A stretch of DNA of 64,000 nt from Strigamia acuminata (lineage: Eukaryota): NCBI GenBank assembly GCA_949358305.1, contig OX442314.1, forward strand, positions 12,400,001 to 12,464,000, given 5' to 3'. The notes beneath the pieces are model-generated. The model made no database searches. It saw nothing but the letters and a program-made list of their open reading frames with translations, and was not told the DNA's origin. Within the stretch, counting starts at the first letter, position 1; each line of letters begins with the position of its first letter. The position numbers were made by a program, and so were the translations under genes. Shown here piece by piece: positions 36,412-50,700 of this stretch.

Positions 36412-37667
36412 GGTCCCGGTGTCATCTGATGGAATACGAGAGGGCTCAGCTCATGTCCTGGTTTAATCTCTTTTTATCTCTTATCTCCCTTATTTAAAGG
36501 GCCCCGTGTTCCTATTGAGGGGCCGGTGACTGTGTAATGACCCGTTGGTGGATGGTGATCTGACACGACATACCCTAACTTGACTAAACAAACATTCGAT
36601 GCAATTTGACATGGTTTTATTTCGGCTGTTTTAGTAGTAAAAAGCTGCAGCTTCCGCTTGCACATTCATCTTTGGATGTTTTATTGACACATTTTAAATT
36701 TATTTTATAGAAAATCAGCAGTAGGCGCATTCATACAGAAATTTAGCATTTTAAACAACATATTTGTCTCGATATCTAACTTGATAAATGGCGGCTGATT
36801 TAGTCTGTTTTCAGTCGTAGTGGGCAAGCGCACGACATTTATACACAAAACATGTTAATTGCAAGTGAAACATGACTTTATGAATGGATCTACTCCTACT
36901 GTTTAATAAAATTATTCGATTTTTTACATTATTTCAAATTTCGCGCTTTCCTTGAGGATGTTTCGGGCAGTGGAAGGTAACTCGATGGGAGAGATCGGGG
37001 CGTATGTGGAACATGTGGCCGAAGCAAGCTGGGTTTGCCATGTGGTCGGTTTTGATACTGTTGACAGTCGGTTTATTTCATAGTGAAAATGGAGCGCGAA
37101 GAGAGAAAAGATGGAATATCGCTATTAATGATTAATATGTGATTAATATAATTTAGTTTCAGTTTAATTTGGTGGTGTTCGTTTGAACTATGTGAGTTAT
37201 GGGCGCACGATGGCACGCTCGAATTTTCTAGTCGTGATGCGCACGTAAGCAGTAAGTAATCAATGTAAAATATAAAACCTAAAATTTTATTTTTTTAAAG
37301 GTTTTTCCGCCACACAGATTATCGTAGGAACAACAATGCTGGTTTGGTCAAACTTTCGTAGATGATAAAATTTTAAAAATAAAATAAAATAAAATAAAAT
37401 AAAATTTAGCTTAAATAAAGTTACTCGCCTGAAAAACTGTGTTTCATGTTTCGTTTCAAACACAACATGTGTTGTTGGAGTATTAATAACATATTTACTT
37501 CGTTGAATGAATTACGTAATTTGAATTTCGCGCGCTTATTTAATGCCGCGCTTTTGGAGGAACTGATGCATTTGACGGTAGAGGGCGTTAATACAAAATG
37601 TCGACGCCAAACGTTTAAAAACGTGCATTTTGTTGGTCATATTTCTCATTGAATCACTGAAAAGAAA

Positions 37668-40600
37668 ATGAAAATGACTGGTGGCAAAAGTAAAGTTTCA
37701 ACGCCGACCGTGGAGCATATTACCGGAGACAAAATTACAGAGGTATGAGCTGTTGATTTAAACCTTGAAAAAATAATCTTTTGAACTTTTTAATGTGCCG
37801 GTTATGTGTATTTATGCCTAAAATGTTTTTACAGTTATCCGATAAATATTGGGCGCACCACACAAAAAAAGAAAAGGTTGAGTTTAATCCCAATGTTGTG
37901 GACGAAATTTATTTATCCGAAATTCGAGGATCGAGGTAAGTCCAATGAAAACAAAGAAATGTACGTCAAGAAATGTAACTATAATCGTTATTTTTGTTTG
38001 CAAATAGTTTCTCCATCCGACGAATTATGCTGCTAGAATTCAGCCAATATTTGGAAAATTATCTTTGGCCTAACTACCACCCAAATGAAGTATCTGTGGC
38101 TCATATCATGTCCATCGTCATTATGGTGAATGAAAAATTCAGGGAACGAGTTCCAGCCTGGGAGGTATAACTTGTACACTTGTGGTTATTTTTTAATATT
38201 TATTTATCTATTAATTTTTTAAAAGGTTTTTATAAAGAAGCCCGATCATTTTTCGCATTTTTTTCATCAAGTCTTGGAAGCATTACAAGAAAAACCGGAT
38301 AAATATTCCGTAAAGGAGCAGACGGCGCTTTTAGTCTATCTAAATCATTCCTTTAACAGCGTGGTAAACATCTCGAAACATTTATATTTATTTTTGCGTG
38401 TTTTTGAGAGATTTTAATGATTTGTTTTGTATTATTTTAATTTAATACAGGAAGTCGATTTAATAAGAGATCAAATCCAGCATTTGATATCGCCTGCGAT
38501 GTGGATGTCTTTACTGGAGGGTCGTAGAGAACAAGAATTTAAAAATGTACCCAAGTTGAAAAAGTTTTGGAGAAATCTTAAAAAGAAAGATGCTCAAGCC
38601 GACGAACAAACTTTGGCAAAACAAAACTTCGAAAGGAATTTTTTGTATAATTTAATGCAAAAGTTCTTTCTGCACTTGGATGAAATACCAGAAAAAGGTA
38701 CAAAAACCATTTTAATTCTGTTATTATTATTTTTTTTTTTAAATTTAAATTTAAATTGAATTTTCTAGGCGATGTAAACATGGATGTGGTTCATTTCTGC
38801 GAACGGTGCCTCGAGTTGATAATCGACTTGGAAGCATTACTCACCACGCGCAGATTTTTCAACACGCTTCTTGACGATTGTCATTTAGTAGTGAAATGTA
38901 ACATGTCCAATTTGATCCAGAGAGACGAAGGACGATTGTTTTCTCAGTTATTGGAAATGCTCAAGTTTTATGCCCGGTTTGAAATCAATGATCAAACTGG
39001 TGAAGCATTAAGTGATCACGACATGACTGACGTTCATTACAAACAAATTACATCGTTACAGGTAAAAAAAAATGAGATAAAATAAGATGAAAATTTTTTT
39101 TATTTATTTTTATAATTAAACTTATTATTGTAGATAGCGGCATTCAAGCACTTTCCCGAATTGAACAGTTTTTCCCTTGCAAACGTTGCGAGTATCGATA
39201 AAAGAGAAAGTCTGTTGAAAATTTTTTCAAACCTCAGGTAATTAATTGAGTGCGTAGTCGAAAGAGGTTTAATAATTTCGTTTCTTGTTGTTTTTAGTGC
39301 CAGCAAGGTGCAAGAAATTGCCGCGTATTTGAATTTAGTCCCATCAGCGGATCAAGACAAAGAAAAGACTTTCCTAAAGGATTTTCTAACGGAAATATTA
39401 GTACGTATATAAATACACATACTAAATGTTAGTCTTTGATATTAATTGCCTAATTTCGTATTCTTCAGATATACAGACATGAACGAAGAGCTTCTCAATT
39501 AGAAGCGTTGAATGAAATGCCTTTATATCCGACCGAGGATATCATTTGGGATGAGAACGTCGTTCCCATGGATTACTTTTCCGGCGAAGGTAAAATCTTA
39601 ATGCTAAATAGTTGTGAATTGTAGAATAAAACAGTTTTTGACGCTTTATTTCAGGTTGTTTGGCTCTCCCGAAATTGAACTTGCAGTTTCTTACATTACA
39701 CGATTATTTATTGAGGAATTTTAATTTATTCCAACTCGAGTCAACATGTAATGTCCTTTACAGTAATATCTAGACTTTGAGTCAATGTAATCAAATTTTT
39801 TATGCACTTTCTAGACGAAATTCGACAGGACGTGGAGGATTCAGTGCGGAGATTGAAACCTTGGCTGAGCGAAGAAGAAAAGAACGTTTTTGGTGGTTGG
39901 GCAAGAATGGCGCAGCCAATTACAAATTTTACCATCGTCGAAGTAAGATTATGAATTATTACAAAAACTAATTACGGTAACTAATCTTCTAATGGCGATA
40001 TGTTTTTCTAGGTCGCTAAACCAAACATTGGGGAAAAACAACCGTCGCGAGTACGGGCAGACGTAACTGTTCATCTGAACGTTCGTTACGAAATCAAGCA
40101 GGAGTGGGAAGCTTTGAGGAAACACGATGTGTGTTTTTTAATCACTGTACGTCCTCGTCTCGGCGTGGGCTCTCAATTTAAATCGCACGAGAATTTCATT
40201 CAGCAAGTTGGTCTAACTTACGTCCGAGGATGCGAAATCGAAGGATTACTCGACCATAATGGCAGAATTATTGAAGAGGGTCCGGAACCGAAGCCCGACT
40301 TGATCGGAGACAACAGAACGTTTAGAATTTGGCTCGATTCGAATCAGTATCGAGCAGATATGGACGAATTAAATCGTGGTGGAGAAGTGAGTGAAGAAAA
40401 TTAAATTTAGAAAAATGTTATTTATTTATACTTTTAATTATTTTTTTAGGATATTTATGAAACATTCAACATTTTAATGCGTCGGAAACCAAAGGAAAAT
40501 AATTTTAAAGCCGTTTTAGAGACGATTAGGGATTTGATGAACACTAATTGTGTGGTTCCCGAATGGTTACACGACATCATTTTGGGATACGGTAATCCAG

Positions 40601-43600
40601 CTGCTGCGCATTATTCAAAGTATATAATTTATCTCGATTATATTTTGATGTTCAATTTAGTAAATTTTTTTTTTGTGTTGTTTCAGTATGCCTAATCAAA
40701 TCGCCACTTTGGATTTTAACGACACGTTTTTGGATATTGATCATTTAAAGGCTTCGTTTCCTGACCACGAAATTGAAACGAATGGCGAAACCGGCAAATT
40801 ATTTCCGCCTTTCCGGTAATTGTTTATTTAAAAAATAAAAATAACCTTTTAATTTTTTTTTTTTTACGATTTTAGTTTAACATTTAAAGAGGTGGGAAAA
40901 AAGAAAACTGAAAATGAAAATTCAACTCGAGAGAAGAATGTGATTGTAGCCGTATCTCACGTTATTCCTAATCGTGGGCCATACCCTTACAACCAACCCA
41001 AAAAGTATAATATAAAATAAAAAATACGCGGCAAAAACACTCTAATTCATATATTTTTCATTTTGCGCAGGAATTGTGTTCAGTTCACCCCAACTCAAGT
41101 CGAGGCAATACGAGCAGGAATGCAACCCGGCTTGACGATGGTCGTGGGACCCCCTGGTACAGGCAAAACTGACGTTGCCGTCCAAATTATTTCGAATATT
41201 TATCACAGCTTCCCTGAACAACGCACTCTAATTGTAACTCACTCGAATCAGGTGAATATTTACTTAAAAAACTACTCAAAACGAGAAATTATAATTTTTA
41301 TTTTCATTCTTAGGCTTTAAATCAACTGTTTGAAAAAATAATGGCGTTGGATATCGACGAAAGACATTTACTGCGTCTTGGCCACGGTGAAGAAGCTCTT
41401 GAGACTGAAAAAGATTTTAGTCGGTAAAAAATAGCGATTTTATTGATTTTAATTGATTTTTATTAACATTCGTAATTTTGTTTACAGATATGGACGTGTG
41501 AATTATGTTTTGGCGAAGCGGTTAGAGCTTCTGCAAGAAGTACAGAGACTTCAAGAGAGCTTGGACGTTCCTGGCGACGTATCTTACACTTGCGAAACTG
41601 CGGGACACTTTTTCCTGTACCAAGTAATTGATAAAGATATTGAGAAATTGAGAAAATAAATTTTAAAACTTTACAATTTAATATTTATCAGGTTTTAGCA
41701 CGTTGGGAAGCGTTTGTAAACAAACTTAAAAAGTCCAAGACGAGTGAAACTATCGTCGAGAATTTTCCATTCCCAAGGTTCTTCGACACTGCCCCGCAAC
41801 CGATTTTCAAGGGACAATCGTATAAAGAAGACATGGACATTGCTGAAGGATGTTTTCGACACATCAGAAAGATTTTCACTCAGCTGGAAGTAAACACACA
41901 ATACATATTTATAACGTTTAATCCGATTTTTAATCAAATTTTCAATTATTCAAGGAATTTCGGGCGTTTGAACTCCTGCGAAGCGGGATCGATCGATCGC
42001 GTTATTTGTTGGTGCGGGAAGCCAAAATAATCGCCATGACGTGCACGCATGCTGCTCTAAAGCGAAAAGAATTAGTTGAATTAGGATTTAAAGTAAAAAA
42101 AATTATTTAATACAGCAAAGAAACGACTAGAAAAATTGTTTTTATTTTTATTTTATTTTTTTCAGTACGACAATATTTTGATGGAAGAAGCAGCGCAGAT
42201 TTTAGAGATTGAAACATTTATTCCACTTTTACTCCAAGTAAATCGGAAAATAATTAAATTTAGCATTGTTTGCAACCATTTTTATTTAAAAATAGAACCC
42301 CGAAGATGGATTTAGTCGATTAAAACGATGGATTATGATCGGAGACCACCACCAGCTGCCTCCAGTCATTAAAAACATGGCTTTCCAGAAGTATTCTAAC
42401 ATGGAACAATCTTTATTTACACGATTCGTGCGTTTGGGCGTTCCAACAATCGATTTGGATGCTCAAGGACGAGCAAGACCAAGGTTCAGTGTGCTAAAAA
42501 CGTTTTAATTTCTTGTTGATGTTAATTTTACTGGTTGTTATTCAACAAATAGTATTTGCACCTTATACAATTGGCGGTACAAGAAGTTGGGAAATTTACC
42601 CCATGTAAACACGTGGCCCGAATATTGTATGGCGAATGCCGGCTTCGCATTTGATTACCAACTCGTCAATGTCGATGACTTTAATGGTGTCGGGGAAACC
42701 GAACCGATTGCTTATTTTTATCAGGTCAGTTTAAATTAGTGCGTTGTTGATTTTTCAATACATTTATTTTATATTTCTGCAATAGAATCTTGCCGAAGCG
42801 GAATACTTAGTAGCGGTTTACACTTACATGCGTCTTCTCGGGTACCCGGCCGAAAAAATTACAATATTAACGACGTACAACGGGCAGAAATTGTTAATTC
42901 GAGACGTTATTAAGGAAAAATGCGAACAGAATCCACTCATTGGCAGACCATATAAAGTATAAATTTGTTTTTTTAAATAATTATATTTTTTTTATATTAA
43001 TTTTTTGGAATTATGATTGCAGGTAACAACTGTGGATAAATATCAAGGACAACAAAATGATTTCATTCTTTTGAGTCTTGTGAGGACGAAAGCAGTTGGT
43101 CATTTGAGAGACGTGCGGCGTTTAATTGTTGCCATGTCGCGAGCTCGATTGGGACTTTACGTTTTTGCGCGGGTGTCGCTTTTCAAGAATTGCTTCGAGT
43201 TGACGCCCGCTTTTAATTTGGTAAATTTTATTTTTTATGAATGAAGAAACGAATAAACGATTGATTTTTTTTTTTTTGCAGTTGATGCAGCGGCCATTGA
43301 ATTTACATTTGCTGCCACAAGAAATGTATCAAACTACTCGTCAAGCGGCGGTTGTTTGTGAAAATCCAGTAGTTATTAATGATTTAACACACATGGCAGC
43401 GTTTGTTCTCGAGTTATATCAGCATAAACTACAAATGTTGCAAGCTAACATGGAAGTAAGATATTTTAGAGTTGGAAAATGGGTTTTATTTGTAAATTAA
43501 TTGGTTTTTATACAGGCGCAGAGATTGGTTACGATTCAAGCGAGGGAAGAAAGCGAAGCTAAGGCACAAAATGAAGAGGAAAAAATGGAAATTGGTGATG

Positions 43601-43644
43601 AAGATGAGGACGACGACGATGATGACGACAATGATGATAATTGA
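37668..43644 (+). CDS. AQR: RNA helicase Aquarius (intron-binding protein IBP160), multi-exon
   Basis: [59 protein letters not shown], Walker [25 protein letters not shown]...[11 protein letters not shown], acidic tail. Start is ATG 37668 or 37674. Short GT-AG introns. Confidence 0.97.
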
Positions 43645-44710
43645 AAAATACAGATAGGATTTCTGAGTTTAATCTTTTTGTAATAATTTCATTAATCATA
43701 TAAAAATAAAATTTTAAAAGTTTAAATAACAGCGCCGTTGGGTGTTGAAAGTGTGTAACCGAAATACCGTGGGGGATTGGAAACAGTACGTGTACGAAAA
43801 TAAGTCTTTCTTCGTGGAAATAAGTTGTTTTTTCATGTTGAAATAAAACCAAGAGTCGATGTCATAAACTGAGTGAAGATGAGTTAAATTCAAGCAAAAG
43901 AATTCCTCATAAATAAAAAATAAATAAATACAATAATTGTCAAATTCAACTTCGGCAAATAAAAAAACCACAATAAACGTTCGAAAATGATGGTAAAAAG
44001 GAGGTAAATCGCGATGATATTTTTAAATCGACGCGTATTTGTTGCTGGCACAATTTGTATTTTCATTTTTCACAACTAGGGTGCAGCAGCCATTTTAATT
44101 AGATGATACGCCAATTTTGAATTACGTGAACTGTACTCGTCTCGCTTTCTTATCTCTTGATAAAAACATGGACCCAAAGCATGAAAATACGGACATAACA
44201 AACGCAACAGGTGATAAAATAAAAGTACCGTAGTTGAAAACACCAACGCGAACATCAGGAAGGAATTCACCGAACACGTGTAAATATACATTTGTCTTTT
44301 GTTTAAAATTGTCTTTATTTATAAATCGATTTTGATTCAAAAATTAGTTGCAAGTCAAACCAAAGGAGTCGGAAATTAAGGTTGAAAAATAAATAAATAA
44401 AATGGAAGAGTCGTGAAGATGATGACAGGACGAAGACATTCAAAAAAGTAGGAACAATATTTTTTTTTTTTTTTTGATTTTGCTTTGTTTATAAGACGTT
44501 ACAAAATTTTAAGAGGCATGTGTTTGCAAAACAAGGAATAACTTCTTTTTTTTTTATGGAAAAAGAAAACAAAACGAACAGTCCCAATCCAAATATTCTT
44601 AAATGATTATTTTTTCCCTTCCTCTCCACATGTTACATGAAAAATGTGTGGATAAACATTTTAAGTAACACTGGCATAAACAATTAAAAAATTGAATGGG
44701 TTTTAACTTG

Positions 44711-47700
44711 TTAGCCGGCATTGACCAATTCGTCTTCATATTGTTTTCTAAAGCAGTCTCCAACTGGGAAGAAATCCCATAACCGTTTTTGATACATTTC
44801 CCAAACGTACGTTTCCTGACCAGTATATTCCGTATCGGGTTTGTTGATCAAATGCATTAAGAAAAACCTATAAAACAAATAATAGAAACAAATGTAATAT
44901 ACAAAAATTGGTAACTTTAGAGTCATTGCAATTAATTCAAAACTTCGGGGCGGAGATACTTAAAATTGCTTTTCGCAATCTGTAGATGCATTCCAAAACT
45001 CCCGTTTCAGCCGTGTCGTGTTATCAGTTATGACGTCACATGCGGCTAACACGGCTGAAACGAAAACGTGTATTAAAACACATTTTAGCAGACACGATTT
45101 GGGTGTTAGGGCTGCCTTCGATGGTGCTTGGAATTTGGCGCGATTGTTGATGTGAATTCGTCAGCTGTTAAAAACCTAGCCATTTTCCGTCCACAAATAA
45201 ATAAAATTAGTCAAAATTCGAATATTTTATAAATATTTTTAAATTTTTTAAAAATATTTCATAAAACGAAATTGCTAAAACGAGGGCAAAATATTTTTTT
45301 GTTTTGACGTTCCTAAACAGGCCTAAAACGACCATAAAACGACACGGAACGGAAATGCCTAAAACGCCTAACACTGCGTTTTGGAATGCACCTTGTGTTT
45401 CAAAGTTGGCGTGAACTAGGGAAAACGGGCATTCAGTCTGCAGGGACATTTGATAATGATAAGCGTGAAGAATACAAATACGTACATGTAATTTGCTAAA
45501 TTGTGTTCAACGAGAACATGTGTTTCGAATCCGTGCGGGACTTTATCCAAATATTCCTTGTTTATTCCACATATGAAACAAGAGGACTGAAAAAGAAATC
45601 AAACTTTTAGTATTTGTAAAATTTCTGTGAAGGTTTTTTTGAATTTGAGATGTTTAATTACTGACTTCTAAATTTTCATTGACGCTCTCAAGTTGATCTC
45701 TCAATTCACCAAATGCATCAATGATCAAACCTAAAAGACAAGGAAATTAAATTGAAAAATTGAAAAGAAAAGGAAATGTCGGTTACCTTGAATGATGGCC
45801 AATAAAATAACAATGACAAAGAAGAAAAATGTTATATCAAATAAGATCCGAAAACCTTCGTAGTCGTCCCCATCTGGTGGTTCGATTTCATCACCGATAC
45901 CACCGCCAGCTCTCACACCTTTGTACAAGTGGAAGACAAAACACTAAAATTGACCAGAAAAACATAAATGAGAATAATAATAATAATAATAATAAATTTG
46001 GATTGTGCAATTACAGTTCCCATGTCATGGCATTTTTTTGCCACTTCTTCATCTTCCTCTTGAATGTAAAACTTTCTGAAGAAATTGAATGCTATTACCG
46101 TGTAAATGTACACAATTATAATGAGTAACATGACTGTCAGCACCAACTGTTAAAATAAACATTTTACAATGAGAAAAAATAAATTGTTTTTCTATAGAAA
46201 TTGTTTACTTGTTTGCCATTGTGTGTTACTGATTGCAAAATGGTTTTCAATGTTTTAAATGCAACTGCAACGTCCAAGAGATGAGCGGCGAAGAAGAAAT
46301 GGTTGAAATTACCAAGAACGGAAAACGTAAAATACCAAAGTTGATAAAGAAAGGCCTGTAAATTAACAAAAGAAATAAGTTCAGAAACAACAGTGTAGAA
46401 GCCTAGAAGGAATAGAAATTTACATTATCAGTAATGGTTACACCGATTTTCCACATTTGATAGCGCCAATCAATACTCGCCAAACTAGAAAAAACGAATG
46501 TAAAATCAGATAAAACAAAGTGACGTTTTTAAATGAAAGTGGCTAAGTTTCAACTTTAACTTACAATCCAAGAAATCCTTTAGCTCCACCATCTTTGCCT
46601 AACCCGAATGATCCACTTTTCTCCATTCCCAATAAATTACTAATGGCGTCGAAGTCGTAGTTTTCGCTGTATTTCTGCCGCACCTGAAAATAATGAAAAT
46701 AGTTGTATAGGAAATTGGTGCGGAGACACACACTCACTAAGAACAGAGACTTGCTTACCTTTTTCTTCACAAATTTATCCCAATAATTGACGGGGAACGA
46801 CCTGGCACTTATAACTAGCTTGTCCCAATGACTTCTTATGTCGTCTTCAGCTGGTTGGTCACCAATCCAAAGACCTTCGAATTCTAGTTTGCGAGCAATT
46901 TCTTTCTCTCGTTTGAACAGTCCCAAAGGAACTTTAAGGTTGTAATAAGCCACCAACATGCAGAATGCAATGAAGGCGTGAAGGAAACCGAGAAGTTTCA
47001 TCAAAGGTTCTAAGTAGAACACTTTATCTGCCACAGTAACCCATTCTTCAAGATCTTCAATACCGCCACCGTCGTCGTCGTCTCCGGTGCCATTGCCATT
47101 GCCGTTGCCATTTCCATCACTCAAGTCTTCGGCTGAAGTTGCATTCAGTTCGAGGCCAAGATCTTCGAGTCCAGAACTGCCAATTATTTCACCAGAGTCG
47201 CCACCATTTCCACCATTTCCATCATCGTCATCGGCGAGAGATGACACCTAATGACAAAATATTCCAATTTTTGAAGACTTTGAAGACTTGTGTTTCCACC
47301 TTTAGGGGGGGGGATAACTATTTTTACCTTGTAAAATAAGAGTAGAAAATTGATTGTGAATGCTAAAATAAGGGCGAGGTATTTGAGATTGTAAAAATGT
47401 CTTGCTAAGAAACCCTAAGAAATAGAAAAGATTTTTTTTAATAATTCCAAATCGACTATCACACCTTGTAATTTTACATACCACAATCTTCTTGCTAATA
47501 TCGGCAACGTCTAGTTTGGGGACTGATACTGTAGGTTTGGTTTCTTCAACAGGAGTGGGTTGACGCTTTGGACGTGGGGGAGGAGGTGCAGCAACTGGTT
47601 TTGGTTTCGGTTCCGGAGCGGTACTAAATGATGGTAATTCCATTAAATAAATGCACGAAAAAAAAAATCTAAAATTTACCTAGCGTCGTCTGCAATTGAT

Positions 47701-50700
47701 GCTGACAAATTCTCCTTGCTCTTACTCACCTCTTCGCTCGCATCCAGGTGGTTTGCCTAACAAAATCAAAATTCAAACTTAGTGAGAAATAAATGTTTCA
47801 TGAATTCAATAATTATAGGCAAAGATATATAATTTATATATCTTTGGCTATAATGCAATATACATATGAAGCATGCATTTATGCATTTATCCGGGGTCTA
47901 TATATAAAAATTACTTTTATCTTGCTACACTCCGTATTTTATTGTATTTATTGCTGTCGTGTGAATACTATTGCCATATCGCATTCATATTTGCTATAAA
48001 AAATAATCGCACACTTACAATAACTGGGGCAACTCCATCCATAATTTCGCCATTTAGCATAGGAGCTTTAACTGGAACAGTTTCTTCACCCTCGCTAGCG
48101 GGTTCGCTGCTGGGTTCTTCAACGCTCGATTGCGGTGTCTCCTCTGGCGGGGTTTCGTGAGGAGCCATGTGATACCCATCTTCTTGCTTCGTGATATCTA
48201 TGCTGAATGCCTGAATAGGAGTTGTGCCTTCTGCTTCCGCAGCTTCTAGGAGACTAGGTGGTGCTTCAAGTGCAAGTGGTTCCATGTAATCAAGAGGAAT
48301 TAGGTCCACGGGAACTTTTTCTTCCGCTTCTTTCGGTTGTCCTCGCATCAACAACATAAGAAAACGAAATGTTGTCCTGGAATCAATGGATTTTTTTTTT
48401 TTTTTTAGTAAAAATTAAAGGATATATGTTTATTTTATTTTACCTGATGAAGAAATAAACTGTCCACGTGCTAAGGAACATGCTGTAGAAAATGAGCTTG
48501 ACAAATCCAACAACTATTTCGACAAAAGTCTTTTCTTTGAGTTCGTTGATTTTTCGTTTGATGTTGGCCGGCGTTAAATGCGATAGTGCATTCTTAATCG
48601 ATTCTTTTAACATGCCAAAAATAGCTTTGATCGGTTCCAACGCAGACTGAGGTTTCTCTTCGTCGCCCGTTGGGTACTTGAAGGCGGCGTTTCGATTAAT
48701 GGGCATGTCGTCGCCCTCGTCGGCAGAAATGCTGCTCGCGTGTTGCATTTCAAATATGGCGTCTTCGCAGAAATTTACAAATGTTTCCAGCTTTTCTTTG
48801 TCATCGCCTTCCGTGATGACGTTATAGAAGAAGGCACGTTTGGATTCCTAAATTTTGCAATTTTTGTTTTTGTACAAATTGTATTTAGTTTTTGATTAGA
48901 AAATAATTTACTTTGATTTGTGGTTTTTCCCACTGTTCAATGTTGGATTCCTTTATTTCAAAGTAGACTCGTTCAATTCGTTTCGCGCCGCCTAAGATTT
49001 CGATTCTACCTAAGTATTGCTCAAAGTAATTGAGAACGCTACTTGCGATCTCCATGAATCGTTTTAATCTGGAAATAATGACACGTGTTGGTCGAATCTG
49101 GTGTCAGAACATTGAAATGAAAAATTACCTCGGATCATTCGGCATGTGTTCGTGAAGATTCGTCAACAGTACAGCCAAATTAAACCCTATAGTTGAATAA
49201 AATTGGTTCTATTTAATCAGAAGTCTTTGAAGAAATAAATCAAATTACCAATTTCTTTGGCGGGTTCATGGAATCGTTCGGTGAATTCGATATAGTCGAT
49301 TTTTCCATCGTGGTTTGATTCACAACATTGCATAATGAATTGAATTTCTTCCCTACGCAAAATAAATTAGTTTAAAATAAGATTTCTTAGCTAAAATAAA
49401 TTCAATTTACTCCAGGTATGTTTTTTGCTGCTCCATGGCTTTTTGGAACTCTCTAGGAGTGATGAAACCATCTTTTTTCTCGTCCATATCCTAGCCAAAC
49501 GAAGTTATCAAGACAAAAGAAAAGAAGATTTAAAAAACAATTCTACCCTAATAGAAGCCGATGATGTAAGAGACTCTAACTTCAAGAACATGGTGAGAAA
49601 TTTGAGGATCATCTATTGGAAGAAAAAAAGCAATGAAAATATACATAAAAACAAACGTTTTATTATCAAAATTACCTCGACGTTTGAACTTGATTCCACC
49701 AACGTATCAACCATTTGTTTTCCAATTGTACCATTCATCACGTTGCCTTTTTAAAACGAAATTATTGTTGAAAACTGTTGAAAATATTCAAGTGAGACTT
49801 ACCTTCCAGCATAGAAAGCATCATGACAACCATGTCTTTTTGCAAATTGAGCAATTCGTTAAGTAAATCTACTTGACTAGAATGCTAAAAATAAAAAAAA
49901 ATGTATATATTTTTAACAAAAAATAAATATTTACGGTAGTAAAGCTAAATATACTTTGGACAATTTGTTTTGCATGTGTGCAAAAAGAAACATGAATCCA
50001 ACCACGGCATCCCATAAACGACTGTGTGCCAAAGCTTGTTGATTCAACAAACACGGGCCCTGAATAAACTCAGTCAGGGTGTTGAATACTTGCTTGGCCA
50101 CGTCAATGGCTTTGAAAAAATTATATTTGCCCTGGAAAAGAAGAAAAAGCAAATGTAATGTCAAATACAAACTAAAAACAATAAAAAACATACAGATTGA
50201 TCGATGATTTCCTTGCTCGAGTAATGCCAGTAGAAATCCATTATGGATTCCTGCAATCGAAGTAAGTAATCCACAGTGCAAATAACAACATTGACTGTGG
50301 TGGTATTTCCAGCCTGAGTTCTTAGGTAATTTTGAAAATCTATAAAAAAAAGAAAGACAAAACTCAATCTCGAATGTTTTCACAGTACAAGTAATAAGAA
50401 TAACTCACCTAAATTATGCCCTTCACACAAAAGCTGCAGGAATCGAAACAGAGTCCTGGTAAAGTCAGCATCATGCATATTCTTCTCACCAGCTGCTCCT
50501 TCAGAGCCAACACCAAGTCCCTCAGCTTTCATGTTTCTTTCAAAAGCGTCCAAATCCAAAACACTAGAGAAAAATAAGATTAGTGATTAGGGTTTCGGTA
50601 AAACAAAAAAAAAATCCCCATTAGAGATTAATGTTTAGGCATTTTTAGACTAAATAAATGTTGCTCTACAACTTTGTAATTGGATAATAATGTCTATCTT

